From Capsulimonadaceae bacterium (lineage in GTDB: Bacteria > Armatimonadota > Armatimonadia > Armatimonadales > Capsulimonadaceae), in the NCBI GenBank assembly GCA_965215505.1, contig OZ244065.1, positions 1,472,001 through 1,536,000 on the forward strand: a stretch of 64,000 nucleotides of DNA. Reading direction: 5' to 3'. The notes under the pieces are model-generated. The model was given only the letters and a program-made list of their open reading frames with translations, made no database searches and was not told where the DNA came from. Shown piece after piece: positions 18,820 through 28,663 of the stretch. The translations under genes and the position numbers were made by a program. Numbering within the stretch: the first letter of the stretch is position 1; each line of letters opens with the position of its first letter.

Positions 18820-19695
18820 ATGGCAAACGCGACCGGCCTCGACCTCAGCCCGACGCTCGCAGACGCAAAGCGCCCCCCGCTGGCGACGGAACCCTGGACC
18901 GTCCGTCTGGTGTTCATCCTGGTGACGCTGCTGTTCCTGGGCCTGTTCCTGGGCCTGCCGCTGGCCGCCGTGTTCGCGCAGGCGTTCGCGAGCGGCCGGG
19001 GGGCGTACTTTGAGGCCGTCCGGGACCCGAACACACTCAGCGCGATCCGGCTGACCCTGCTCACGGCGGCCGTCTCGGTCCCGCTGAACGTCCTGTTCGG
19101 GGTCGCCGCCGCCTGGGCCATCGCCAAGTTCGAGTTCTGGGGCAAGAACATCCTGCTGACGCTGATTGACCTGCCGTTCGCGGTCTCGCCCGTCGTCGCC
19201 GGCCTGATCTTCGTGCTGCTGCTCGGCAAGTTCAGCCCGCTCGGGGGGCTGCTGGACGCGCACGGGATCAAGATCATCTTCGCCGTGCCGGGCATCATCG
19301 TGGCGACGACGTTCGTGACCTTCCCGTTCGTCGCCCGCGAACTGCTGCCGGTCATGCAGGCGCAGGGGGTGGAGGAAGAACAGGCCGCCATAGTGCTGGG
19401 CGCGACCGGCTGGCAGACCTTCTGGCGCGTCACCGTCCCGAACATCAAGTGGGGCCTGCTCTACGGCGTCATCCTGTGCAATGCCCGCGCGATGGGCGAG
19501 TTCGGGGCCGTCTCGGTCGTGTCGGGCAAGATCGTGGGCCAGACGAACACCCTGCCCCTGCAGGTGGAGGCGTTCAACGACGACTACAACTTCGTCGGCG
19601 CGTTCGCCGCCGCCTCGCTCCTGGCGATGCTGGGGCTTGTGACTCTGGTCGTGAAGTCGTTTGTCGAGTGGAGGACCGTCCATCGTGACCGTTGA
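18820..19695 (+). CDS. cysW: Sulfate ABC transporter permease CysW
   Basis: DLPFAVSPVVAGL, PFVARELLP, NARAMGEFGAVSVVSG. Confidence 0.95.
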   Translation: MANATGLDLSPTLADAKRPPLATEPWTVRLVFILVTLLFLGLFLGLPLAAVFAQAFASGRGAYFEAVRDPNTLSAIRLTLLTAAVSVPLNVLFGVAAAWAIAKFEFWGKNILLTLIDLPFAVSPVVAGLIFVLLLGKFSPLGGLLDAHGIKIIFAVPGIIVATTFVTFPFVARELLPVMQAQGVEEEQAAIVLGATGWQTFWRVTVPNIKWGLLYGVILCNARAMGEFGAVSVVSGKIVGQTNTLPLQVEAFNDDYNFVGAFAAASLLAMLGLVTLVVKSFVEWRTVHRDR

Positions 19696-19719
19696 GAGAA
19701 ACCATGAGCAACGAAGTCT

Positions 19720-20790
19720 ATGAGCATTGAAGTACGCGACGTGTCAAAGACCTTCGGGAGCTTTGCCGCCCTCAAAGACGTGAGCCTCAAGGTCGAGACT
19801 GGAGAGCTTGTCGCCCTGCTCGGGCCTTCCGGGTCGGGCAAGACGACGCTGCTGCGGATCATCGCTGGGCTGGAGTTCCCGACGCAGGGGTCCATCCTGT
19901 TCGGGGATGAGGACATCGTCCGGCGTGACGCCCGCAGCCGCGAGGTGGGCTTCGTCTTCCAGCACTACGCCCTGTTCCGGCACATGACAGTGTTCGAGAA
20001 CATCGCCTTCGGCCTGCGCGTCCGGCCCCGCGCGACCCGGCCCTCCAAGGCGTTCATCACGGACCGCGTCATGGAGCTGTTGAAGCTGGTCCAACTGGAA
20101 GGGCTTGCCGCCCGCTATCCCTCCCAGCTTTCCGGCGGCCAGCGGCAGCGGGTCGCCCTGGCCCGCGCCCTCGCCGTCGAGCCGAAGGTGCTGCTGCTGG
20201 ACGAGCCGTTCGGCGCGCTCGACGCCCGCGTCCGCCAGGAGCTTCGTACCTGGCTGCGCCGCCTGCACGACGAGCTGCACATCACCAGCGTCTTCGTCAC
20301 CCACGACCAAGAGGAGGCTTTGGAGGTCTCCGACCGCGTGGTCGTGATGAACAAAGGCCAGATCGAGCAGATCGGCACGCCCGACGAGGTCTACGAGCAG
20401 CCCGCCAACCCGTTCGTGATGAACTTCCTGGGCAGCGTCAACCTCTTCCATGGCCGCGTCCACGACGGCGAGGCGCAGCTCGGCCCCCTGGCCGCCCCCG
20501 CACCCGGCCTGGGCGGCGTGCAAGACGCCCAGGCCATCGGCTATGTCCGCCCACATGAACTTGACATCGCCCGGCACCGCAACGGCACCCCCACCGTCGA
20601 GGCAGTCATCCGCCACATCACCGCCGTCGGCCCCACCGTCCGCCTGGAACTCGAACGCAGCGATGGCGGCGGCCAGATAGATGCCGAGCTGACCCGCGAG
20701 AGGTTCGGCGAGCTTGCCCTCAAAACCGGCGAACAGGTGCATGTCACCCCACGCAAGCTGCAAGTGTTCTTGGAAGATTACTCGATCTAG
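19720..20790 (+). CDS. cysA: Sulfate ABC transporter ATP-binding protein CysA
   Basis: [41 protein letters not shown]-like C-terminus. Confidence 0.95.
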   Translation: MSIEVRDVSKTFGSFAALKDVSLKVETGELVALLGPSGSGKTTLLRIIAGLEFPTQGSILFGDEDIVRRDARSREVGFVFQHYALFRHMTVFENIAFGLRVRPRATRPSKAFITDRVMELLKLVQLEGLAARYPSQLSGGQRQRVALARALAVEPKVLLLDEPFGALDARVRQELRTWLRRLHDELHITSVFVTHDQEEALEVSDRVVVMNKGQIEQIGTPDEVYEQPANPFVMNFLGSVNLFHGRVHDGEAQLGPLAAPAPGLGGVQDAQAIGYVRPHELDIARHRNGTPTVEAVIRHITAVGPTVRLELERSDGGGQIDAELTRERFGELALKTGEQVHVTPRKLQVFLEDYSI

Positions 20791-20836
20791 ACCTGCCTGG
20801 AAGGACGAAAGACAGAAGAGGGCGAGGGGAGAAAGA

Positions 20837-20891
20837 GGGCGAGGGGACCTTGCCCCTACGCACGATGACGTAGGGGCGGGGTTCCCCGCCC
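20837..20891. repeat. Inverted GTAG-REP doublet between convergent genes
   Basis: GGGCGAGGGGACCTTGCCCCTAC ... GTAGGGGCGGGGTTCCCCGCCC with purine-rich and pyrimidine-rich flanks. Confidence 0.8.
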
Positions 20892-20923
20892 TCTTCTCTC
20901 TGCCCCGCCTCTTTTTGCCCCGC

Positions 20924-21718
20924 CTACTCGTGCCAGATGAGCGGGTTCACTGCGTCATTGTCCAGCACGTCGCCGACGGTCAGCGTCTTGAAGTAATCTT
21001 CGGGCAGGATGTTCCGGGTGCCGTTGAATGTCTCGCCGTCGGGCATGTAGGCACAGGTCATCGCGCGGCGCGGCCTGTTGGTCATGTTCGCGCCCGCGCC
21101 GTGGGCGCACAGGCCGTTGTGGAAGACGGCGCTGCCGGCGGGGCACGGGCAGCCGACGGTGCCGATCCCGCGCCACTCCGGGTAGACTTTGAACAGATCA
21201 CCCTGGTTCCGGCCGATGCCCGCGTTCCGCCACGTCGCCGCCTTCTGAGTGCCCGGCAGATAGTACAGGCAGCCGTTGTCGCGCGTGGCGTCGTCAAGGG
21301 CCACCCAGAGGGACAGCGAATTGCGGGACGAGAACGACCAGTACGGGTTGTCCAGGTGCCAGCCGGTCGGGTTGCCGAAGGGCGGCTTGTAAAGCGCCTG
21401 GTCGTGCCAGATGCGGATGCCGTCCACGCCCGCCAATGTCGCGGCGACTTGCCCCAGGCGCGGGTCGAGCATCAGGGAGCGCATCCCCGCGTGCGAGTCG
21501 GCCAGCTTCAGGCATTGCGTGAAGACCTGGGCGTAGTAATCGTCCGGGTCGCCCTGGTTGTTCAGCGCGGAGGAGGCCGAAGCAAGCCGCTCGGCGACGG
21601 CCTCGTCCGTGGTCCGGCTCCAGTGCGCCGTTTCTTCGACGTCGAGGAAGCCCTCGATCACGAGAAAGCCGTTCTCCTGGTAGGAGCGCACCTGCTCCGA
21701 CGTCACTTGGTCCTTCAT
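20924..21718 (-). CDS. PhyH-family Fe(II)/2-oxoglutarate dioxygenase
   Basis: YQENGFLVIEG, WHLD, WVALDDATRDNGCL, FHNGLCAHGAGAN..RR. Confidence 0.9.
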   Translation of the reverse strand: MKDQVTSEQVRSYQENGFLVIEGFLDVEETAHWSRTTDEAVAERLASASSALNNQGDPDDYYAQVFTQCLKLADSHAGMRSLMLDPRLGQVAATLAGVDGIRIWHDQALYKPPFGNPTGWHLDNPYWSFSSRNSLSLWVALDDATRDNGCLYYLPGTQKAATWRNAGIGRNQGDLFKVYPEWRGIGTVGCPCPAGSAVFHNGLCAHGAGANMTNRPRRAMTCAYMPDGETFNGTRNILPEDYFKTLTVGDVLDNDAVNPLIWHE

Positions 21719-21805
21719 TGGGGTTCTCCTTGACTGGTGTTACGCAGCGGCTGTCACAGCACTTGAGCGGGCATGGAAACTCCGGGTGCCCTCTTCCGGG
21801 CGGCT

Positions 21806-21854
21806 TGTCCCCTGGACAAATCCTGCCGGAGCGAGTGATTTCAATCACTCGTCC
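21806..21854. repeat. Twin-hairpin dispersed element, copy 1 (copy 2 at 60078-60127)
   Basis: TGTCCCCTGGACA...AGCGAGTGATTTCAATCACTCGTCC. Confidence 0.75.
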
Positions 21855-21912
21855 CACTCCCCCTTACTCGTCCTTGGCCTGCCTCGACTGGCGCGTAACA
21901 TCCGCCAACACT

Positions 21913-22797
21913 TCAGCAGATCTTCTCGCGCCGGGCGGCCTCGCCGTGGCCGATGGGGTGTTCCCCCACCCAGCGCTCGTCTACAGGCTCGGAGGCCAGT
22001 TGGTAGCGCGTGTCGGAAGACAGCCGCACCTGGTCCGAGCCGTTGTCCAGGCTGCAATGGACGGTGAACATGCTGAAGGTCAGCAGGTCGCCCGCCTGGA
22101 AGTCCGCCGTCAGCCAGCGCCCCCCCAGCCGCTCGCGCAGGCGGACGGGGTTGAAGGTGAGCGCGCCGAATCCGCTGTTCCCAGTAGTACGGACGTCGCC
22201 ATGGTTGGTGCAGTAGGCGTCCACGTCTTTGGCCCCGTAGCCCAGCCGCAGGCGGTCGTGCTTGTGGGAGCCTTCCAGCACCAGCAGGCCGCCGATCTCG
22301 CGCGGGATGTCCCCCAGCGGCGTCCAGGCCGTGTACAGGTCGGACGTGCCGCGCCCCATGTAGACGATGTCGCAGTGCGGCGCGGTTCCCTGTCCCGGCG
22401 TCACCGCCCGCAGCCAGGTGTAGTCGAAGTGGCGCACCTCGCCGCCGAGCAGGCGCGCGTAGAAGGCCATCATGCGGCCCTCATAGAGCAGGCGCATCAG
22501 CGCGGGGTTGTCCTGGGTCAGCTCCGGCATGAAGTAGGAGGCACGGTCTTTGCGGGCGAGGGCGGCGGCGGCAGGCGTTCCCGGTTCCAGGCAGCCCGCC
22601 GATGCCAGCCGGTCCAGCAGCGCGGCGCGCGCGTCCAAGACCTCCGCGCGGTCCAGGTAGCCGGGCAAATAGAGGTAGCCGTCTTCGCGTATCCGTTCGC
22701 GCAGTGCCGCGCCATCGTCCACGATGTCCAGCGAGCGGCGCAGCTCGCCGAAGGCGTCGGGCGAAGTGTCCAGTTCCAATTTCTGCGTGGTCAGCAT
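21913..22797 (-). CDS. PhyH-family Fe(II)/2-oxoglutarate dioxygenase
   Basis: EDGYLYL, PHCD, WTPLGD...GGL..LEGSH, AGDLLTF..FTVHCS, RLSSDTRY; GGAGG before ATG 22797. Confidence 0.88.
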   Translation of the reverse strand: MLTTQKLELDTSPDAFGELRRSLDIVDDGAALRERIREDGYLYLPGYLDRAEVLDARAALLDRLASAGCLEPGTPAAAALARKDRASYFMPELTQDNPALMRLLYEGRMMAFYARLLGGEVRHFDYTWLRAVTPGQGTAPHCDIVYMGRGTSDLYTAWTPLGDIPREIGGLLVLEGSHKHDRLRLGYGAKDVDAYCTNHGDVRTTGNSGFGALTFNPVRLRERLGGRWLTADFQAGDLLTFSMFTVHCSLDNGSDQVRLSSDTRYQLASEPVDERWVGEHPIGHGEAARREKIC

Positions 22798-22830
22798 CGC
22801 ATCCTCCGGCATTTCGGCTGGGGTTAGAGC

Positions 22831-22859
22831 AAAAGCACCGGCACTGGAAGTGCCGGTGC
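22831..22859 (-). terminator. Intrinsic terminator after the M3 peptidase gene
   Basis: Minus strand GCACCGGCAC-TTCCA-GTGCCGGTGC then TTTT. Confidence 0.7.
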
Positions 22860-22912
22860 CTTTCCCACATCATACTGCATTTTCAGGCCATGTGCAAAGA
22901 TGTGGGCGGGCC

Positions 22913-24718
22913 TTAACGGCCCTGCCGGTACTCGGCCCACAGCGCCTCGAACTCGCCCACCAGGCCCGCCAGCACGTCGAAGCCGCCCTGCCAGAAGGCG
23001 GGGTCGTCCAGCGTGACGCCGACCTTGTCCATGAGTTCCTGCGGGGTCAGGCTGCCGCCCGCTTCCAGCATCCGCAGGTACTTCTCGGCGAAGGCAGAAC
23101 CTTCCTTCTTGGCCTGCTGATACAAGGACAGCACCAGAAGCTCGCCGAAGGAGTAGGCGTAGACGTAGAACGGCGACCCGATGAAGTGGCCGATGTAGGA
23201 CCACCACAGGCGGTGTTCATCCCCCAGCTCGACCGAGTCGCCGAACATCATCTGCACCTCGCGCTGCCAGTGTTCGCCGAACTCCTCCGTCGTCAGCTCG
23301 CCCTTCGTCCGCCGGTGCTCGTGGATCGCCCGCTCGAACCGGTACATCGCCGTCTGGCGCGGGATCGTCGCGAACGCGCCCTCGATCTTCTCGGCATACA
23401 GGGCCAGCTTGTCCTTCAGCGATGCCGACCCGGTGACACGCTCGAAAACCAGCATCTCTCCGAACGTGGACGCGAGTTCAGCCAGCGGCAGCGTCCCGTG
23501 GAAGTTCAGGAGCGACTGCGACCGCGAGAGCGAGGCATGAACGCCGTGCCCCAATTCGTGCGCCAGGGTCATCACGTCCTTCATCCGGCCCAAATAGTTC
23601 ATCAGGACATACGGGTGCAGGTCCGGCGTCACATAGGAGCAGAACGCGCCGCCCTCCTTGCCCTTGGCGGCGGGCGCGTCTATCCAGTCCTTGTCGAAGA
23701 ACTCCGAGGCCCGGCGGCGCATCTCAGGCGAGAAGTCGCCGAAGGCGTTCAGCACGATGCCCTGCGCTTCGGGGTAGGTGATGGTGCCCTCGGCCTCGAA
23801 CAGCGGCGCGTAGCGGTCGTAGTGCGTGAGCGTGTCCAGACCCAATATCTCGCGCTTGACATGATAGTAACGGGCGACAAGCGGGTAGTTGCGGACGACG
23901 GTGTCCACGACGAGAGTGACCGTCTCCTCGGTCAGCTCGTTGTCCAGGTGCCGGGACGCCTGCGGGGCCGCGAACCCGCGCAGGCGGTCCTTGACGTTTT
24001 TGTCCTGCATCAAGGTGTTGAAGATGAAGGTCAGCGTCTTGCTGCTCTTTTGCAGGCCCTCGGTGAAGGCCGCCGCCGCCAGTCGGCGCGTCTCGCGGTC
24101 CGGGTCCATGATCTTCGCGATGACCTCGGCCTGGCTCAGTTCCTCGCCGCCCAGGGCGAAGGTCGCCCCCGCCGTAGTCTCGTCGAACAGGCGGTCGAAG
24201 GCGCGGCCGCCGGTGTTCGCCAGCTCCTCCATCAGCCTTTCCTCGGTTTCGGACAGCATGTGTTCGCGCGCCGCCCGCACCGTGCCGATGTAGTGCCTGT
24301 ACGGCGCGACCGGGGCCGCCCCCAAAAGCGGCTCAACAACATCGTCCGGCACGGCGGCCAGTTCCAGGTCGAAGAACAGCAGCGGCAGGGCCAGCCTCGT
24401 CCCCTGCTCGCGCATCCGTTGCAGGAACGCCCCGCGCTCCGGGTCGCCCATGTCGGTCGTGAACAGCAGCGAGGCGAAGATGGCCGGCTTGGACGCCTGC
24501 TGCTGGATGTCCTCATACTCGGCCAGGGCCGCGCCCAGCGTGTCGGCGGTCAGGCCGGGCGCGTTGATCCGGCCCCTGTAATCGCGCTCGAACTTCTCGG
24601 CGCGGGCCTGCGAGGCGGCCAGCGTCTCCTCGATGCGCGGGTCGGCGATGCCGCCATACAGGTCGGCGAGGTTCCAGTGGACGTTTGCGCCCAGATCAGG
24701 AGTAACTTCGATGGTCAA
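22913..24718 (-). CDS. M3-family oligoendopeptidase (PepF-like)
   Basis: WNLADLY, GKEGGAFC, HELGHGVH, LAELASTFGE, FYVYAY; TTG start assumed. Confidence 0.9.
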   Translation of the reverse strand: MTIEVTPDLGANVHWNLADLYGGIADPRIEETLAASQARAEKFERDYRGRINAPGLTADTLGAALAEYEDIQQQASKPAIFASLLFTTDMGDPERGAFLQRMREQGTRLALPLLFFDLELAAVPDDVVEPLLGAAPVAPYRHYIGTVRAAREHMLSETEERLMEELANTGGRAFDRLFDETTAGATFALGGEELSQAEVIAKIMDPDRETRRLAAAAFTEGLQKSSKTLTFIFNTLMQDKNVKDRLRGFAAPQASRHLDNELTEETVTLVVDTVVRNYPLVARYYHVKREILGLDTLTHYDRYAPLFEAEGTITYPEAQGIVLNAFGDFSPEMRRRASEFFDKDWIDAPAAKGKEGGAFCSYVTPDLHPYVLMNYLGRMKDVMTLAHELGHGVHASLSRSQSLLNFHGTLPLAELASTFGEMLVFERVTGSASLKDKLALYAEKIEGAFATIPRQTAMYRFERAIHEHRRTKGELTTEEFGEHWQREVQMMFGDSVELGDEHRLWWSYIGHFIGSPFYVYAYSFGELLVLSLYQQAKKEGSAFAEKYLRMLEAGGSLTPQELMDKVGVTLDDPAFWQGGFDVLAGLVGEFEALWAEYRQGR

Positions 24719-24832
24719 AAGGCATCTCTTTTCTCGATCAAATGGCCTATTATACCCGTATGCCCGACATTGTGAAAAAAGTTGCAATGTCGGGCGAGGC
24801 TGGGTACAATGTTGGCAGGAAAGAGGACATTC

Positions 24833-25738
24833 ATGTCAGTAACCGAGACGAGGCCGCGCCACCCGGTGGCACGCGGGGTGCATCAGACGAAGGTCATCCT
24901 GGAAATGATCAAGTTCGAGCATACCGTCTTCATGCTGCCCTTCGCGCTGATGGCCGCCGTCGTCGCCTCGCGCCACGACTGGCTGATGTTCGCGCACAAG
25001 GTCCTCTGGATACTGCTGGCGATGGTCGGCGCGCGGTCCGCCGCCATGGCCTTCAACCGCGTCGTGGACAGGCGGTACGACGCCCTCAACCCGCGCACCG
25101 CCAAGCGCGCCCTGCCCGCCGGGCTTCTCTCCGTCCCGCAGGTGGTTGCCTTCACGGTCGTCGCAGCGGCCCTGCTCGTCTTCGCATCTTACATGCTGAA
25201 CCCGCTGGCCTTCGCGCTCTCCCCGGTCGCCCTGCTGCTGGCCCTGGGCTACTCCTACACCAAGCGATTCACCGCCTTCTCACACTTCTTTCTGGGGCTT
25301 GCCCTCGCCGTCGCACCGGTCGGCGCATGGATCGCGGTTACGGGCCGGATCGAGCCGCCCACGCTCTGGCTCGGGGGAGCTGTAGTCTGCTGGCTGTTCG
25401 GCTTCGACATCCTGTACGCCTTGCAGGACACCGAGTTCGACCGCGCGAACGGCCTCCACTCCATGCCCGCGCTGCTGGGCAATGCCCGCGCCCTGCTCGT
25501 CTCGCGGCTTTCCCATCTGGTTATGATCGGTCTGCTCGTGATGACCGGCCTGTCGGCGGGCCTGGGCGTGGTCTACTTCCTCGCCGTCGCCCTGGTCGCC
25601 GGGCTGATCGCCTGGGAGCAGTCGCTGGTCAAACACGACGACCTCTCGCGCCTGGACATGGCCTTTTTCACGCTCAACGGCTACATCAGCGCCGGGCTTT
25701 TCCTGCTGACGTTGGTGGATGTTCTGGTACGGAGGTAG
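24833..25738 (+). CDS. UbiA-family prenyltransferase (MqnP-like)
   Basis: MIKFEHTVF.LPFA, ARSAAMAFNR.VD..YD..NPRT..R, YSYTKRF, FDILYALQD..FD. Confidence 0.9.
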   Translation: MSVTETRPRHPVARGVHQTKVILEMIKFEHTVFMLPFALMAAVVASRHDWLMFAHKVLWILLAMVGARSAAMAFNRVVDRRYDALNPRTAKRALPAGLLSVPQVVAFTVVAAALLVFASYMLNPLAFALSPVALLLALGYSYTKRFTAFSHFFLGLALAVAPVGAWIAVTGRIEPPTLWLGGAVVCWLFGFDILYALQDTEFDRANGLHSMPALLGNARALLVSRLSHLVMIGLLVMTGLSAGLGVVYFLAVALVAGLIAWEQSLVKHDDLSRLDMAFFTLNGYISAGLFLLTLVDVLVRR

Positions 25739-25741
25739 GCG

Positions 25742-26692
25742 ATGGCGACACACGAGATCGTGCCCGAACGGGCCACGCTGCATGGGGCGTTTTCAAGGGA
25801 CCGCAAGCCGTGCCTCACCATCGCCTCCGGCGACACGGTGCGCTACAAGACATTAGAAGCGGGCTGGAGCATCGCGCCGCGCCGAACCGGCGACCGGAGC
25901 GAAACTCTTACCATCTTCGAGCCGCGCGATGAGGCCGGGGACCGGGGCCACGCGCTCTGCGGCCCCGTCTTCATTGAGGGCGCCGAGCCGGGCATGACGC
26001 TGGAGGTGCAGATCGGAGACGTGATCCCCGCCGGCTCGGGCTACGTCTACTCCGGCGGGTGGAGGACGCCTCTGAATGAGCGGCTGGGAGTGGCGGAGGG
26101 GGCCGGCACGGTCCATGTGTGGTCCCTGGACGCCGGCACCATGACGGGCCGGAACCAGCACGGTCATGAGGTCGCCCTGCGGCCGTTCATGGGCGTCATG
26201 GGGATGCCCCAGGATGTTCCAGGGCTGCAATCCACCACGCCGCCGCGCGTGACGGGCGGCAACATGGACTGCAAGGAGCTGGTCACGGGCAGCTCGCTGT
26301 TCCTGCCCGTCGCGGTGCCCGGCGGCCTGTTCTCGGTCGGCGACGGCCACGCGACTCAGGCGGACGGCGAGGTCTCGGGGCTGGCCATCGAGTGCCCCAT
26401 GGAGCGCCTAAACCTGACGTTCCGCCTGCACCCGCAGATATCCCTGACCACACCGCGCGCCAACACGCCCGCCGGGTGGCTCACCCTGGGCTTCGACGAG
26501 GACCTGGACAAAGCCATGCAGACCGCCCTGGACGCCATGCTGGACCTGATGGGCGAGCTGCACGGCCTGGGCAGGCGGGACGCGCTGGCCCTGGCAAGCC
26601 TCGTCGTAGACCTCCGCGTCACGCAGGTGGTCAACACCGTGCAGGGAGTCCACGCACTGCTGCCGCACGAGGCGCTCAAGATGCCCGCCTAA
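25742..26692 (+). CDS. Acetamidase/formamidase family protein
   Basis: GPVFIEGAEPG..LEV, GGNMD, GDGHATQADGEV...AIE. Confidence 0.88.
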   Translation: MATHEIVPERATLHGAFSRDRKPCLTIASGDTVRYKTLEAGWSIAPRRTGDRSETLTIFEPRDEAGDRGHALCGPVFIEGAEPGMTLEVQIGDVIPAGSGYVYSGGWRTPLNERLGVAEGAGTVHVWSLDAGTMTGRNQHGHEVALRPFMGVMGMPQDVPGLQSTTPPRVTGGNMDCKELVTGSSLFLPVAVPGGLFSVGDGHATQADGEVSGLAIECPMERLNLTFRLHPQISLTTPRANTPAGWLTLGFDEDLDKAMQTALDAMLDLMGELHGLGRRDALALASLVVDLRVTQVVNTVQGVHALLPHEALKMPA

Positions 26693-27222
26693 ACGGCGGG
26701 ACTGGCTGCCGCCTCTCCGGTACCGCCCGCCGCCAGATGCACCTCGCCGCCCGTCGCCGCTTCCAGCTCCTCGGCGTCGTCGGCATCGGCGCTCGTTTTG
26801 TAGTGCAGTGCCTTTTCGGCGGAAACCGTCGTTCCGTGGTCGTCCGAGGATTTGAACGTGATATGGTCGGCCATCTGCCGGACCAGTTGCAGGCCGAAGC
26901 CGCCCAGGCGCTCGGACCCGTCCTGGTCAGGCCGGGCCGCACCGACTTCCCGGATGTCTTGGAGCGAGAAGCCGACGCCTTTGTCCTCGACGATGATTGC
27001 CACGCGGTCCGCATGGTACTCTAAGGTGAGCAGGAACCGGCCGTCGCCGACCGCCTGGGCGTGGCGCACGACGTTCGTGCAAAGCTCGCCCACGATGAAC
27101 TCGATGTCGGCGATGTCTCGGTCAATGACGCCCAGGTCGCCCAGTAGGGTGTGCCCGATGCGCCGGGCGATCCGCAGAAAAGTCCCGTCGCCGGGCAGGT
27201 CCAGCGACACCTTGAGTATCAT
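26689..27222 (-). CDS. RsbW/SpoIIAB-like anti-sigma ATP-binding protein
   Basis: ELCTNVVRHA, VEDKGVGF, GGFGLQLVRQMAD, GTTV. Confidence 0.85.
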   Translation of the reverse strand: MILKVSLDLPGDGTFLRIARRIGHTLLGDLGVIDRDIADIEFIVGELCTNVVRHAQAVGDGRFLLTLEYHADRVAIIVEDKGVGFSLQDIREVGAARPDQDGSERLGGFGLQLVRQMADHITFKSSDDHGTTVSAEKALHYKTSADADDAEELEAATGGEVHLAAGGTGEAAASPAV

Positions 27223-27320
27223 GTTGCCCTCCTGTGGGTAGGCCTCGTGCCATAGGCAGGGTGTTCCCGAAACGGATTGGGCCGAAACGGAACGAACAGA
27301 CTGACGGATTGGAACGAACC

Positions 27321-28130
27321 ATGACAACGAAGATCGGCAGCGTGCCGTACCTGAACGAGAAGCCGCTGACGCGCTGGTTCTCGCACACCGAGGAAGGCCG
27401 GGCGTCCGGCGTGGCGGTCGTCTACGCCGTCCCCTCGCAGCTCGCGCGGATGCTTCAGGCGGGCGAGATCGCCGCCGCGCTCGTCTCCTCGTTCGAGTAC
27501 TTCCGGACGCCGGGCTACGCCGTCGTCCCCGGCATCTCCATCTCCGGGCAGGGCGATATCGAGTCGGTCCGCGCCTTCGCCCGCGCCCCCTGGCGCAAGA
27601 TCGAGACGCTGGCCCTGGACACCTCCTCGCTGACCTCGGCCGCCCTGCTCAAGATCCTGCTGGACGAGCAGCTCGACTCCCACCCTGCCTTCCTCCACGC
27701 CGCCCCAGACCTCGACTCGATGCTGGGCCAGGCGGACGCCTGCCTGCTGATCGGGGACAAAGGGATGCTGGCGGATGGCGACGGCCTGAACGTCCTTGAC
27801 CTCGGCCACGCCTGGCGGCGGCTGACCGGCCTGCCGTTCGTCTACGCCGTCTGGATGGGCAAGGCCGAAAACCTCACCCCGCACCTCGTCGAATCGCTTA
27901 CGGCGGCCAAAGCCTGGGGCGTGACGCAGACCGAGATCATCGCGGAAGAGGAGTCCCGCCGCATCGGTGCCTCGGTCCGCCAGTGCCGGCATTACCTCAC
28001 GGAAGTCATGGACTACGATCTGGGCGAGGAACACCTCCAGGCGCTGGAGACGTTCGGCCGGAAGGCGCGGACGCAGCAGCTACTCCCCGAAGTGCCCGGC
28101 CCGGTCCATGTGGTGGGTGCCGACGATTAG
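27321..28130 (+). CDS. mqnA: Chorismate dehydratase (futalosine pathway)
   Basis: IGSVPYLNEKPL, SSLTSAALLKIL, LLIGD, DLGHAWRRLTGLPFVYAVW. Confidence 0.9.
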   Translation: MTTKIGSVPYLNEKPLTRWFSHTEEGRASGVAVVYAVPSQLARMLQAGEIAAALVSSFEYFRTPGYAVVPGISISGQGDIESVRAFARAPWRKIETLALDTSSLTSAALLKILLDEQLDSHPAFLHAAPDLDSMLGQADACLLIGDKGMLADGDGLNVLDLGHAWRRLTGLPFVYAVWMGKAENLTPHLVESLTAAKAWGVTQTEIIAEEESRRIGASVRQCRHYLTEVMDYDLGEEHLQALETFGRKARTQQLLPEVPGPVHVVGADD

Positions 28131-28170
28131 GCGCGGCGGTCCGGTACAATGCTCTCAGGAGAACACGCCC

Positions 28171-28518
28171 ATGCTGACCGCCCAGGAAGTCTACGCCGCC
28201 GCCCGCACCCTGCCGCTCCCGGAACGTCTGCGCCTCGCGGCATTAATTCCCGATGAGGTGACCCAGCCCACGCGATTGATTTCAGACCCTCAAGACCTGC
28301 CTGGCTATAGTGATGTTTGGACCGAAGAGGATAGGGAAGAGTTTGCGGCGCATTGCGCGCGCCGATCCCATCCCGGTTCATCCGACGATGACGATCTCCT
28401 CTCCCCGGCAGAAGAACTGGAACGTCTCAGACAGACCATGCCGTCGGGTGCAGTTGCTCCGTCGGGTGCAGTTGCTCCGTCGGGTGCAGTTGCTCCGTCG
28501 GGTGCAGTTGCTCCATGA
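28171..28518 (+). CDS. Small antitoxin-like hypothetical protein with C-terminal tandem repeat
   Basis: GGTACAAT box and AGGAGA RBS; LPLPERLRLAALI...YSDVWTEEDREEF resembles antitoxins. Confidence 0.55.
   Translation: MLTAQEVYAAARTLPLPERLRLAALIPDEVTQPTRLISDPQDLPGYSDVWTEEDREEFAAHCARRSHPGSSDDDDLLSPAEELERLRQTMPSGAVAPSGAVAPSGAVAPSGAVAP
28441..28514 (+). repeat. 18-bp tandem repeat CCGTCGGGTGCAGTTGCT x4
   Basis: Four exact copies read directly. Confidence 0.95.
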
Positions 28519-28560
28519 ATGGCACGGCTAGGGTTTTATTGGGGTATTCAGCCTTCGGTT

Positions 28561-28663
28561 AGAAAGCACCGCTTCTGCACTGGTCAGCACTGGCTACCCG
28601 GAGGGCAGACCCGCAGGGCGCGGGGCTGGGAGTGCTTTCCGAGTGCCGCGAAGCGGTACTTCT
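28561..28663. repeat. Long imperfect intergenic inverted repeat
   Basis: Left arm AGAAAGCACCGCTTCTGCACTGGTCAGCACT; reverse complement of right arm AGAAGTACCGCTTCGCGGCACTCGGAAAGCACT. Confidence 0.65.

Noticed and set aside
22724-24775. 683-aa + strand ORF
   Set aside because: Antisense shadow of the M3 peptidase caused by high-GC codon bias
28441-28514. CRISPR array
   Set aside because: Contiguous tandem copies with no spacers
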